Shown here: positions 28,202-37,545 of the stretch, piece after piece
Layout of the letters: the number at the start of each line of letters is the position of its first letter
Numbering within the stretch: position 1 is the first letter of the stretch
IMG/VR virus record: IMGVR_UViG_3300043409_001318
Span: 1 to 64,000 of that record
Strand: one strand, 5' to 3'
Length of the DNA stretch: 64,000 nt
Source: a virus
Position numbers and translations under genes: made by a program
The notes under the pieces: generated by a model
Told to the model about the DNA's origin: nothing
The model's database searches: none
The model's input: only the letters and a program-made list of their open reading frames with translations

Positions 28202-29235
28202 TGTTTCGTGAAGCCGTAACTTATGATGATGTATTAATGGTTCCTCAATTCAGTGATATTCAAAGTCGTAAAGAAGTAAACATCGGTAATTGGTTAGATG
28301 AAGAAAGAGGTTTATGGTTTAGCCTTCCTATTATATCTTCTCCTATGGATACGGTCACAGAAGACCAAATGGCTATTTTACTTAGTGGAATGGGTGGTCT
28401 TGGAATTATCCATCGGTATAATACTATCCAAAGACAATGCGAAATAGTAAAAATAGTTTCTAATGAAATTGTTGCTAATCAATTTGGTTGTGCTATTGGA
28501 ATTACAGGAGATTATATTGAAAGAGCAGAAGCATTATATAAAGAAGGTGTTAAAATTCTTTGCTTAGATGTTGCTCATGGTGACCATATTTTAATGAAAA
28601 AAGCCCTAATTACTCTTAGGGAGAGATTAGGCGATGGACCGCACCTTATGGCAGGAAATGTTGCGACGATTGATGGATTTAACAATCTCGCTTCTTGGGG
28701 TGCTAATTCAATTCGTGTCGGTATTGGTGGTGGTAGCATTTGTTCTACTCGTATTCAAACTGGTCACGGGGTTCCTTCTTTGGATTCTGTTATAGATTGT
28801 GCGAGGACGCCTTATAATGTTACGATTATTGCAGACGGTGGTATTAGAAATTCTGGTGATATGGTTAAAGCTCTTGGTGTGGGTGCTGATTTTTGTATGT
28901 TGGGTTCAGTTCTCGCTGGAAGCTCTAAAACTCCGGGTGAAATATATAATAACTCAATAACAGGAGAAGCTACTAAAATTTATCGTGGTATGGCTTCAAA
29001 AGACGCACAAATGGATTGGAGAGGTAAAACATCTTCACTTGAAGGGATCTCTACAATTATTAAATATAAAGGTGAGACAAATGCTATTATTAAACAAGTT
29101 GAAAATGGTATTCGCTCTGGCTTTTCTTATAGCGGAGCAAGAACTATTAACGAACTATGGGCTAAAGCTCGTTTTGTTAGACAAACCTCCTCTGGCGCGA
29201 GAGAAAGTGACACTCATATTTTAGCGAGAGCTTAA
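28201..29235 (+). CDS. guaB: IMP dehydrogenase / GMP reductase family, no CBS domains
   Basis: TYDDVL, SPMDTVT, DVAHG, AGNV, GIGGGSICSTR, IADGGI, YRGMAS; GuaB and GuaC cannot be separated by eye. Confidence 0.8.
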   Translation: MFREAVTYDDVLMVPQFSDIQSRKEVNIGNWLDEERGLWFSLPIISSPMDTVTEDQMAILLSGMGGLGIIHRYNTIQRQCEIVKIVSNEIVANQFGCAIGITGDYIERAEALYKEGVKILCLDVAHGDHILMKKALITLRERLGDGPHLMAGNVATIDGFNNLASWGANSIRVGIGGGSICSTRIQTGHGVPSLDSVIDCARTPYNVTIIADGGIRNSGDMVKALGVGADFCMLGSVLAGSSKTPGEIYNNSITGEATKIYRGMASKDAQMDWRGKTSSLEGISTIIKYKGETNAIIKQVENGIRSGFSYSGARTINELWAKARFVRQTSSGARESDTHILARA

Positions 29236-29579
29236 TGGAAGTAGTTAAACGACCAAGAACAGAAGTAGATAAATCTATTTTCAAAATAATTGCTTTTTAT
29301 GAGAGAATAGAAAATTCTGTTGAATTACTTGTTCGTCTTAAAAATGATGGCTTCAATGGTGCTCAATTTTTTCGTAGTATTATTGAAGCTTATTTATCAC
29401 ATGACCCTAAATTTATGGAATGGTTTAACACAAAACGTAAAACTCCTAAAAATAGAATTAAAAAAGTTCAAAAATTAGCAGAAGAAGGTAAAAGATTAGA
29501 AAGTGAATACTACTTATCTATTGAAGAAGTTGAAAATATTTTTGATATTATAGAAAATATTGAAGATATTGAATACTAA
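29235..29579 (+). CDS. Hypothetical protein
   Basis: TAATG-coupled ORF. Confidence 0.6.
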   Translation: MEVVKRPRTEVDKSIFKIIAFYERIENSVELLVRLKNDGFNGAQFFRSIIEAYLSHDPKFMEWFNTKRKTPKNRIKKVQKLAEEGKRLESEYYLSIEEVENIFDIIENIEDIEY

Positions 29580-29602
29580 AATAGGATTTTTGTAATTTAG
29601 AT

Positions 29603-29610
29603 ACTATTTA
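29603..29610 (+). promoter_or_regulatory. ACTATTTA motif (candidate late promoter)
   Basis: Recurrent motif; AGGAG RBS; ATG 29633. Confidence 0.55.
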
Positions 29611-29632
29611 ATTTTGTTAGGAGCAAAACAAC

Positions 29633-30229
29633 ATGAGCAGAAAGCCTTTATTATCCGAGAGTCAAGTAGCAAAGTGGATGAAACTTGCTAATATTGATAA
29701 GAATGCAACAAAGAATTTTCTTAATGAATCTAAATCAAATAAAAAAGTATTGAAAGAAAACTATGGTTCAATGGGTGCCCGTGAAGACGACGGTATGGGC
29801 ATGGAAGATGGAATGGGCGAAGAAGAAGAAGGTGGAATGGATATTGGCGACGGATCTATGGATGAAGATCCCTCCGTTGTCGGTGACGAAGAAATGGATA
29901 TGGATATGGAAGCCGGAGGAGACGAAGGCGAAGTAGAATTTGATTCAGTTGATGATCTTAAAACAGTCATTAAAGATGCCGTTAAATCAGCCCTAGAAGA
30001 ATTAGGTCTTGCCGATGATATGGGTGGCGACGAAGAGCCCGAAATGGATATGGAACAACCAGCAGAAGAAGAGGACAGCATGGAGGGAGGCGATGAAGGG
30101 GGTGATGAACCTGCCGAACCCGCTGAAGACGAGGAACAACTCGCAGAAGGTCTAGAAAACCTTGAAATCCTCACGGATAATGAAATAATTAACGAAGTAT
30201 TGAAAAGAGTTATACGCAGATTAGTTTGA
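29633..30229 (+). CDS. Highly acidic low-complexity protein (scaffold/internal-head candidate)
   Basis: Long D/E/M/G-rich core flanked by LLSE...FLNE...LKE and INEVLKRVIRRLV. Confidence 0.65.
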   Translation: MSRKPLLSESQVAKWMKLANIDKNATKNFLNESKSNKKVLKENYGSMGAREDDGMGMEDGMGEEEEGGMDIGDGSMDEDPSVVGDEEMDMDMEAGGDEGEVEFDSVDDLKTVIKDAVKSALEELGLADDMGGDEEPEMDMEQPAEEEDSMEGGDEGGDEPAEPAEDEEQLAEGLENLEILTDNEIINEVLKRVIRRLV

Positions 30230-30258
30230 TAATTGTCTCCTAGATAAAAAAATAAAGG

Positions 30259-30306
30259 TTGCTCTTTTGGCTACGCAGGATTATAATGATCCTGCGTAGT
30301 TTTTTT
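30259..30306 (+). terminator. Terminator hairpin with TATAAT in its loop
   Basis: CTACGCAGGAT-TATAATG-ATCCTGCGTAG-TTTTTTT; TTGCTC 17 nt upstream of TATAAT. Confidence 0.75.
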
Positions 30307-30319
30307 ATTTGGAGTATTA

Positions 30320-30700
30320 ATGTATCTCTCATGGATTTTATTTTTCGTAGCAGGTATTCTATTCTCAAAGATATTTTCTGGTTTTTTAGATATTGGAATT
30401 ACAACTCAATTTTCAAGATTAATGTTAGATCGTATTTTAATTCCCTTGATTATGATAGCACAGGAGTTAGAATACCTACGAGAGCTTAAGAAAGAAGTTC
30501 TCAAAGAAAAAGGTCTTGATGAACAACAGATACAATTTCAATTATCTTTGTTTGATAAGTGGTTTACAAACTGGAAGGAATCGATTATAGTATCATTCAT
30601 CATCGAAGCCCCACAACCAATCAAGGAGGATTTACCTTTTCATGATTGGGCTTCCACAACGAAGTATGTAGAAAAATTAATTAAACAAAAACGCATCTAG
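30320..30700 (+). CDS. Membrane-anchored hypothetical protein
   Basis: N-terminal hydrophobic helix. Confidence 0.6.
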   Translation: MYLSWILFFVAGILFSKIFSGFLDIGITTQFSRLMLDRILIPLIMIAQELEYLRELKKEVLKEKGLDEQQIQFQLSLFDKWFTNWKESIIVSFIIEAPQPIKEDLPFHDWASTTKYVEKLIKQKRI

Positions 30701-30708
30701 GAGACAAC

Positions 30709-31404
30709 ATGCTATTCAATAAAGGCAAGAAAGTTAACGACGACCACGAGCACGAAGATGAAGCAGAAGACGCAGAAGAAGAAAAGGGTAAGAAGCAATC
30801 TGCTTTCTCCCTTATTATGCCTTCGTCTGCTGGGGATAAACCAGATAGTCGCACAATTGGATTATTTGGAGAAGTAGAAGAAGGTAAAATTGCTCTTATT
30901 ATTAGTGCTATGATTGGATTGGCAGAAGACGCAGAAGTAGAAAATCCAATTAATCCAGATGATCCAGAAAGTGAAGTAGAAGTAATTAATCAACCAATTG
31001 AACTTCTACTAAATACTCCCGGTGGATCAGCCGACGATATGTTTGCTCTGTATGATATTATGCGAGTAATTAAGAATAAATGTGATATTGAAACCTTTGG
31101 TATTGGTAAAGTAATGTCTGCTGGAGTTCTTATTTTGGCAGCAGGAACAAAGGGTAAACGTAAGATTGGAAAGAATTGTCGTGTAATGATCCATTCTGTT
31201 ATTGGTGGAAATGTTGGACCTCTTCACAATCTTGAAAACGAAATGAACGAGATTAGATATGTTCAAACTGCTTATCTTAAAGCCTTAGCAGACGAAACCA
31301 ATATGACTTATCAGCAACTACGCAGAATGATTAATCGTAAAGTAAATGTTTATCTTTCAGCAGAAGAAGCAGTTAAGCTTGGTATTGCTGATATTGTCAT
31401 TTAA
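30709..31404 (+). CDS. clpP: ClpP-like protease subunit
   Basis: LNTPGG, IGKVMSAG (catalytic Ser), MIH, YLSAEEAVKLGIAD. Confidence 0.9.
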   Translation: MLFNKGKKVNDDHEHEDEAEDAEEEKGKKQSAFSLIMPSSAGDKPDSRTIGLFGEVEEGKIALIISAMIGLAEDAEVENPINPDDPESEVEVINQPIELLLNTPGGSADDMFALYDIMRVIKNKCDIETFGIGKVMSAGVLILAAGTKGKRKIGKNCRVMIHSVIGGNVGPLHNLENEMNEIRYVQTAYLKALADETNMTYQQLRRMINRKVNVYLSAEEAVKLGIADIVI

Positions 31405-31405
31405 T

Positions 31406-31413
31406 ACTATTTA
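31406..31413 (+). promoter_or_regulatory. ACTATTTA motif (candidate late promoter)
   Basis: Immediately before ATG 31419. Confidence 0.5.
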
Positions 31414-31418
31414 TTATC

Positions 31419-32708
31419 ATGAATAATCATAATGAATTAGACCAAATTGTAGAAAGCTTTTTAAGCCCTGCTCCTGTAAAAAAGAGTATGGGTCTTAAAG
31501 AGCTTTTTGCTCTATTTGAAGAAGTTGAAAGATTAAATGAAATACAAATAGGTGGTATGTTCCCAACCACTCCCGCAGACGAAAAACAATACGAAAAAGA
31601 GCCTCAAGCCATAACAGATTTTTATGAAATATTACAAAAAGTTCTTGGAGATGTAATAAACGTATCGTCCGCAGAAAGAGCTGAGACTAAAATAATTAAA
31701 TTAATTGATTATGTTAAACAGTTAAAAACTAAACGTATTAGTGGTGAAGAATTTTCTAAATCATTTGCTACAATTTTATTCGTTACTTCATTACACAAAA
31801 TGATTGAAAATATGTTCCCAGATACTCCATCAGTAGCTGGCTTTTCTTATGAAAAATTTATTTCCTTTGTTTTATCTGGTAATACTTCTATTTCTAACAA
31901 AGAGGATAGACACCCAATTTTTGATGTTTATCTACCCTCAACAAATGAATATTTATCTTTAAAGTTAAAAGCTAGAATAGAATTAGAAGGTTCTATTTCT
32001 AATCTATATAAATTTTTTACAGATACAAAATCTTATACTGTTATAAATCTTAACTCAAATAACGAAATCATTGATAGTGATGGAAAAATTTTAAGTTCTT
32101 CTAAAAAAATTACTTATATTGTTAGTATAAAACAACCAAATGAAGTTCTATATTATTCATATACTTTTGGTTTAAAAGAATTTATAAATATGTTAGGTAA
32201 AGAAAAAATAGAAGATTATAATTATCAAATTGAAAGACCCCAGCTTATTAAAAGGCTCAAAAATGAATATGACAACGCAACAAGAAAAATAATTTCACTT
32301 GAGGCAACAACCCCAATAGATCAAGAAAAAATAAATACGCAAAAAGATTTACAACTTCAAATATTAGGACAAATGAATAGAGTTTCAAAAGAAGGAGCAT
32401 TACAATTTAGATTTGGTTCAACCGTATTAAACAATACCGAAGGTATTGAGAAAATATTAAAAGGTAATATTTTATCAATATCAGCCGAAGATAAAGATAA
32501 AATTGTTGAAAATAATCAAAATATTTTCAATATAAACATTAAAAATATTATCGAACAATCAAATTTAGTATATTATAAAGTAAATAATTTCTTACTTACT
32601 CAAGGTGCAGAAACAGAAGCTAAGGATGCTTATAGTTCTGTTAAAATTTTAGAAACCAGCTTATTGAATTATTTACCTAAGAGAAAAGAAAATATTAAAC
32701 CTTCTTGA
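31419..32708 (+). CDS. Late-type hypothetical protein
   Basis: AT-rich codons; RLNE after an N-terminal leader; follows ACTATTTA. Confidence 0.65.
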   Translation: MNNHNELDQIVESFLSPAPVKKSMGLKELFALFEEVERLNEIQIGGMFPTTPADEKQYEKEPQAITDFYEILQKVLGDVINVSSAERAETKIIKLIDYVKQLKTKRISGEEFSKSFATILFVTSLHKMIENMFPDTPSVAGFSYEKFISFVLSGNTSISNKEDRHPIFDVYLPSTNEYLSLKLKARIELEGSISNLYKFFTDTKSYTVINLNSNNEIIDSDGKILSSSKKITYIVSIKQPNEVLYYSYTFGLKEFINMLGKEKIEDYNYQIERPQLIKRLKNEYDNATRKIISLEATTPIDQEKINTQKDLQLQILGQMNRVSKEGALQFRFGSTVLNNTEGIEKILKGNILSISAEDKDKIVENNQNIFNINIKNIIEQSNLVYYKVNNFLLTQGAETEAKDAYSSVKILETSLLNYLPKRKENIKPS

Positions 32709-32732
32709 CTTTTCCTAAAACAATATTATAAT
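32705..32732 (+). promoter_or_regulatory. sigma70-like promoter for groEL
   Basis: TTGACT-N16-TATAAT. Confidence 0.6.
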
Positions 32733-32751
32733 ACCCATATACGGAGTTTTT

Positions 32752-34320
32752 ATGAGTAAGCAATACTGCGATGGTCGCTCTTTAAGTGAAGCAATCCTAA
32801 AAGGCGCAAATATATTAGCAGATAACGTTTCTTCTACATTAGGACCAAGAGGAAGAACGGTTATTCTACATGAAAAAGGAAAAACACCAATCATTACGAA
32901 AGATGGTGTCACGGTAAGCAATTATGTTGAACTTTCAGATCCATTTGAGAATTTGGGAGCACAAGTAATTAAACAAGCTTCTCAACAAACTGCTACTCTT
33001 GCTGGTGATGGAACAACAACATCAGTCGTTCTTTCACGCGCAATTCTTCGTGAAGCACAGAAATATCTAATTGCTGGTGTTTCTCCTACCGAATTAAAAA
33101 GAGGAATAGATTTAGCCGTTGACGCTTTGGTAATTAGAATTGGAGAAATAGCACAACCAATTTCGTCCGAAGAAGAAATCGAACATATTGCTTCTATCTC
33201 TGCTAATAACGATAGAACAATTGGTAAATTAATTGCTACTGCGGTAGATAAGGTAGGTAAGGATGGTTCTATCACTATTGAAGAAGCACGGTCAGTCGAT
33301 ACTTCTCTTGATATTGTTGAAGGCTTTCGTTTCGATGCGGGATACCTTGCAGGAGCGTTCATCAACGACGAGAGACGAGGGGTAGTAAAATATGAAGACC
33401 CTTATATTCTTGTAACAGATCATAAATTTGACTCCGTTCAAGATATGTTGCCTGTTCTTGAATTAATCGCAAGAGAAGGAAAACCATTTGTAATTGTAGC
33501 AGATGAAATTGAAGGTCAAGCTCTTGCTGCTCTTATTATGAACGCTATGAGAGGCACAATGAAAGTTGCAGCCGTTAAAGCTCCTCGTTATGGTGAAGAG
33601 CGTAAAAACATTCTTAAAGACCTTGCTATTTCAGTAGGAGCAACTTTTGTTTCTCTTGAAAATAGTATGAAGATTGGCGATGTAAAACTCAAAGATTTTG
33701 GTCGTTCAAAGAAAATTGAAATTGCTAAAAACCTTACCACTATCGTAGGTGGAAAAGGTGATATGGAACAAGTTGACCAAAGAATTGAAACAATTAAAGC
33801 TGAACTTCAACAAACTGAATCAATTTACGAGTGTGAACGTCTACAAGAAAGAATTACTCGTCTTGCTTCTGGTATTGCGATTATTCGTGTAGGTGCTCCA
33901 ACTGAAATTGAAATGATTGAGAAGAAGCACCGTATTGAAGATGCCTTAGAAGCCGTCCGTAGTGCCCAACAGGAAGGTATAGTTGCTGGGGGTGGCGTAG
34001 CCCTCCTTAGAGCAGCAGAAGGGATTGTAGACCCAACAGGGAACGAAGAACAAGCACTTGGTTTCAAGATCATAATGAAGGCTATTGAAGAGCCTGTAAG
34101 ACAAATGGCCCTAAATTCTGGTGAGTCGCCAGACATTATTATTAGTATGATTAAAACAGAACATTCTAATTTTGGTTATGATTTCTTGGGTCGTTCTATG
34201 ATTAATATGGTTGAGAAGGGCATTATTGATCCAGCAAAGGTTACAAGATGTGCTCTTCAAAATGCAGCTTCAGCAGCAGGAACTCTAATCACAACTAACT
34301 ATGCTATTGTCCAAATTTGA
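32752..34320 (+). CDS. groEL: Chaperonin GroEL
   Basis: TLGPRG, ITKDGVTV, AGDGTTT, GGGVALLR, IIDPAKV; no GGM tail. Confidence 0.97.
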   Translation: MSKQYCDGRSLSEAILKGANILADNVSSTLGPRGRTVILHEKGKTPIITKDGVTVSNYVELSDPFENLGAQVIKQASQQTATLAGDGTTTSVVLSRAILREAQKYLIAGVSPTELKRGIDLAVDALVIRIGEIAQPISSEEEIEHIASISANNDRTIGKLIATAVDKVGKDGSITIEEARSVDTSLDIVEGFRFDAGYLAGAFINDERRGVVKYEDPYILVTDHKFDSVQDMLPVLELIAREGKPFVIVADEIEGQALAALIMNAMRGTMKVAAVKAPRYGEERKNILKDLAISVGATFVSLENSMKIGDVKLKDFGRSKKIEIAKNLTTIVGGKGDMEQVDQRIETIKAELQQTESIYECERLQERITRLASGIAIIRVGAPTEIEMIEKKHRIEDALEAVRSAQQEGIVAGGGVALLRAAEGIVDPTGNEEQALGFKIIMKAIEEPVRQMALNSGESPDIIISMIKTEHSNFGYDFLGRSMINMVEKGIIDPAKVTRCALQNAASAAGTLITTNYAIVQI

Positions 34321-34321
34321 T

Positions 34322-34329
34322 ACTAATTA
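34322..34329 (+). promoter_or_regulatory. ACTAATTA motif (candidate late promoter)
   Basis: Recurrent motif; GGAGGG RBS; ATG 34368. Confidence 0.45.
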
Positions 34330-34367
34330 AAGTATACAAATTTACTTTGTGATGGAGGGTCTTATCT

Positions 34368-34655
34368 ATGGCTACAGGTTCCGAACTTAACGAGCTAAAA
34401 GAAGCCATAACGGCACTTGATAAAAAAGTAGATAGAATGATGAGTTCTATTGAAAATCTTAAAGAAAAGCAAGATGATGTAGCCAAAGACATAAGCAAAA
34501 TAAAAGAAGCGGTATACCATCCAGATGAAGGTTTATACGCAAGAATAAAGATATTAGAAACGTGGAAAGAAACCCAATCAAAGGTTAGTTGGATTGCTAT
34601 AACTACCGTATTTGGTTTAGCAGTTAAGCAATTATGGGATATACTAACAAATTAA
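34368..34655 (+). CDS. Coiled-coil protein with C-terminal TM helix (XhlA/holin-like candidate)
   Basis: Heptad region, then WIAITTVFGLAV. Confidence 0.4.
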   Translation: MATGSELNELKEAITALDKKVDRMMSSIENLKEKQDDVAKDISKIKEAVYHPDEGLYARIKILETWKETQSKVSWIAITTVFGLAVKQLWDILTN

Positions 34656-34667
34656 TAGAGGTGTTAA

Positions 34668-34958
34668 TTGAAAGTAAAAATTTCTTATACAGTAGAACTT
34701 GATGAAGTCCCCAATCAAGTTTATAAGTATTTGTTTAACCAAAGTGATATGTCTTTGGATAAAACGTTAGAAGGTGTATTAAAATTAATCCGTGAAGGTA
34801 ATGTTGAAAGTGCCTTGGAAGATATAGATCTTTTTAGAAAAGATCTTGCTAAATTAGATCTTAAGTTAGACGACGCACAATCGATCCTTGACGGCTACAT
34901 GAAGACGCGCTATGGTAATAACGTAGCAGAGAGCCCCGATGAACAACACAAAGTATGA
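34668..34958 (+). CDS. Hypothetical coiled-coil protein
   Basis: AGAGG RBS, TTG start. Confidence 0.55.
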   Translation: MKVKISYTVELDEVPNQVYKYLFNQSDMSLDKTLEGVLKLIREGNVESALEDIDLFRKDLAKLDLKLDDAQSILDGYMKTRYGNNVAESPDEQHKV

Positions 34959-35166
34959 AATAGGACAGCCAATAACTGTTCTGGCTTCATGCGATCTGTT
35001 TTACCCAACCATTAAAAACCCCAATAATTATAAAAAGTCCGAAGCTCCTTTGCTTGGATGGTTTGTTGAGGGTAATGATACAACCGTGACTATTATGACG
35101 GTTGATGATGGACGATATTGGCAAACTCAGTTAGATAGTATTAGAAACTACATGGAGACAAAATGA
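34939..35166 (+). CDS. SH3/KOW-like microprotein
   Basis: YEIGQPITV. Confidence 0.45.
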   Translation: MNNTKYEIGQPITVLASCDLFYPTIKNPNNYKKSEAPLLGWFVEGNDTTVTIMTVDDGRYWQTQLDSIRNYMETK

Positions 35167-35438
35167 TTCAACTTACAGAAGTAATTGAGAACACAGCAGG
35201 TAAGTATATGGTTAGATCAGTTTATATTAATCCTACCCAAGTTGTTATGGTTCGTGAAGACGTTAGATTGGGATCTATTATGGCCGAAGGTAAACTTGAT
35301 CTTGGGTTTACTCCAAATATGCGTTTTTCTCGCATTACGGTAAGAGGCGGAACAAGTAATTATGATGTTGTTGTTGCTGGTGACCCTACAATAGTATATG
35401 AGAAGGTAAATACTTCTAAAACTCTGCTAAAGGGTTAA
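35163..35438 (+). CDS. Conserved phage hypothetical protein
   Basis: MIQLTEV...VYINPTQVVMVRE. Confidence 0.6.
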   Translation: MIQLTEVIENTAGKYMVRSVYINPTQVVMVREDVRLGSIMAEGKLDLGFTPNMRFSRITVRGGTSNYDVVVAGDPTIVYEKVNTSKTLLKG

Positions 35439-35441
35439 ACC

Positions 35442-35705
35442 ATGCACATAGCTTATTATCATATTCATGCTCTTGGAGATTGTGAATATTGCCTTGATGC
35501 ACTTAAACTTCTTCAAGATAATGGTTATCAATATGTTTTAACTCTTTATGATAAATCACCAGAAGCTTTGAATTTCATTAAATATACTATGGATCATCCA
35601 ACGGTTCCAATTATTTATGAGTATCGAAAAGATAAAAGTATTAGGAAAATTGGTGGTTATACAGAGTTGAAGAAGGAGCTTGACAGCCTCCACGAACAGG
35701 AATAG
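35442..35705 (+). CDS. Glutaredoxin-like protein
   Basis: CEYC, TVPII, IGGYTEL. Confidence 0.8.
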   Translation: MHIAYYHIHALGDCEYCLDALKLLQDNGYQYVLTLYDKSPEALNFIKYTMDHPTVPIIYEYRKDKSIRKIGGYTELKKELDSLHEQE

Positions 35706-35708
35706 AAT
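35680..35708 (+). promoter_or_regulatory. sigma70-like promoter
   Basis: TTGACA-N17-TAGAAT. Confidence 0.65.
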
Positions 35709-35731
35709 ACTAAACAAAGGTAGGAGATAGC

Positions 35732-36340
35732 ATGGGTCGCCCAAAGGGTTCTAAGAACAAGCCTAAGAATGTTGAAGTTGAGGTTGAAACTAAGCAAGAA
35801 GAGGTTAAGGTAGTGGCAAGCGAAGAGCCAAAGAAGGAACGCAAGCCAAGGATCACCAAGAGGGTTAAGAATGAAGAAGAAGACGATGGTAATACTATCG
35901 TTGATGAAGGGGCCGCTCAAGCTCGTAAGAACCTTGATGATAGAACACTTGATCCTTTTGCGATGCTTACACTTGAAAAGTTTGAATGTGAATTTGTTGC
36001 CCTCACAGAGCGTCTAACTCCTGTTGAGGAAAATAGTGAGATTAAGAATGGCCGCTATTCAAGTTCTTATTACCCTATTAAGAATTGTAATTACACCGTT
36101 TGGCCTGTTTTGGCTTATATCAATGTTGACGTTGACGCGCTAAGAACAAAGGGTTATGTTGATAAGGTAATCTACGCTGGTTGTATTAATCACCTTTCTT
36201 CCCAAATGAATGGTAAGAAGCGCAAGTATGGTAATCTTTTCCCATTTAGTTTTGCTTTTAAGGAAGATAAGATTATTGCTACTTTCATTACAGACGACCG
36301 AAAGAATAAGAACTTTTGGGGAGAAGGCGTAGGTTCTTAG
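35732..36340 (+). CDS. AT-hook-containing hypothetical protein
   Basis: MGRPKGSKNK. Confidence 0.6.
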   Translation: MGRPKGSKNKPKNVEVEVETKQEEVKVVASEEPKKERKPRITKRVKNEEEDDGNTIVDEGAAQARKNLDDRTLDPFAMLTLEKFECEFVALTERLTPVEENSEIKNGRYSSSYYPIKNCNYTVWPVLAYINVDVDALRTKGYVDKVIYAGCINHLSSQMNGKKRKYGNLFPFSFAFKEDKIIATFITDDRKNKNFWGEGVGS

Positions 36341-36383
36341 ATTATAGAAAGTAAAGATAAAATCATTTTATAAGGAGAAATAA

Positions 36384-36770
36384 ATGAAATGCGTTAAAGA
36401 GCACATAGTAGCCCCTTGGGGTTGGCAAGAAATCATCCAAAAGAATGATAAATATGTTATGAAGCAAATTCATATTAATCCGGGTAAGCGTTTGTCTCTC
36501 CAATACCATGAGAACAAAACAGAAACGATTTTCTGTATGTCCGACGAAGCAATCGTGTGGACGAAACGCTCAGCAGAGGATACAGAAACAAAGAAGATAA
36601 CGCTTAAGTATGGCGAAGCCTTCCACGTTCAAGCCGGACAAATTCATCGCTTTACGGCAGGATTTAAAGCAGTTGATTTGATTGAAGTATCTACACCAGA
36701 ACTTGATGATATAGTTCGTCTTGAAGATGATTATAACCGTATTTCTACAACCACCACAACACAGGAGTAA
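36384..36770 (+). CDS. Cupin, mannose-6-phosphate isomerase C-terminal type
   Basis: PWG, GKRLSLQYH, IHRF, EVSTPELDDIVRLEDDY. Confidence 0.85.
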   Translation: MKCVKEHIVAPWGWQEIIQKNDKYVMKQIHINPGKRLSLQYHENKTETIFCMSDEAIVWTKRSAEDTETKKITLKYGEAFHVQAGQIHRFTAGFKAVDLIEVSTPELDDIVRLEDDYNRISTTTTTQE

Positions 36771-36773
36771 TTA

Positions 36774-37061
36774 ATGACTTTCGCACACACCGCTATCCAG
36801 ACCACCGATATTGAGAATAATATTGATGTAGACGTTAATCGTTCTTATTCTACATTTGACGTTCGCATTGTTCGTAATTCAGTTAGTAAGCGTAAGTTCT
36901 CTAATCGCCTTAGTGTGACTATTCCCGATGGACGTAGTGAAAGCACTTTCCATCTTACTATTCGTGAGGCAAATGCTCTTCGTAAGTTTTTGAATGAAAA
37001 TCTTGATGAAGGTGTTAATGGTTCTGCTATGGTTTCCATGAGTATGCGTGAGGCAAGCTGA
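36774..37061 (+). CDS. Hypothetical protein
   Basis: AGGAG RBS; beta-rich, then a helix. Confidence 0.6.
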   Translation: MTFAHTAIQTTDIENNIDVDVNRSYSTFDVRIVRNSVSKRKFSNRLSVTIPDGRSESTFHLTIREANALRKFLNENLDEGVNGSAMVSMSMREAS

Positions 37062-37062
37062 A

Positions 37063-37458
37063 ATGACAACACCACAAGGAGAAACCTATATGAATATCGC
37101 ACAAGCAATTGATCGTCTTTATGCTGATACTTTCCCTCTTGCTTCTTATCCTCCACCAAGGGCTACACTTAGTAATGTAGACTTTGTATATAACGAAAAG
37201 AGCAGGGTTTATACAGCCACTATTGATGCAGCGGGAGCAGATAAGACAAAGTTTAATGTAAGTATTTCTAATAGAACACTTACCGTTTCTTATCGTGCTA
37301 CCGAAGGGTTCCGTTGTCGTTCCTTTAACTATTCCTTCAGCCTTGGACGAGATATCAACGTCTCGGAGTCAGTTGGAGAGTATAAGGATGGGGTTTTGAG
37401 AGTTGACGTTCATACAACCACAGAACGTAATGATACAGTCAACGTCACCATTCATTAA
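37063..37458 (+). CDS. Hsp20 small heat-shock protein
   Basis: AGADKTKFNVSI...LTV...FNYSFSL...GEYKDGVLRV. Confidence 0.8.
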   Translation: MTTPQGETYMNIAQAIDRLYADTFPLASYPPPRATLSNVDFVYNEKSRVYTATIDAAGADKTKFNVSISNRTLTVSYRATEGFRCRSFNYSFSLGRDINVSESVGEYKDGVLRVDVHTTTERNDTVNVTIH

Positions 37459-37472
37459 GTAATTATATAATT

Positions 37473-37505
37473 AAGCCGTCAAAGGGTTCGCCTTTTGGCG
37501 GTTTT
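37473..37505 (+). terminator. Rho-independent terminator, UUCG loop
   Basis: GCCGTCAAAGGG-TTCG-CCTTTTGGCGGT-TTT. Confidence 0.8.
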
Positions 37506-37517
37506 CTTGTATTTAAA

Positions 37518-37525
37518 ACTAATTA
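37518..37525 (+). promoter_or_regulatory. ACTAATTA motif (candidate late promoter)
   Basis: Lies after the terminator and before the 37546-46950 operon. Confidence 0.55.
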
Positions 37526-37545
37526 ATTGGTAAGGAAAAGTATAA

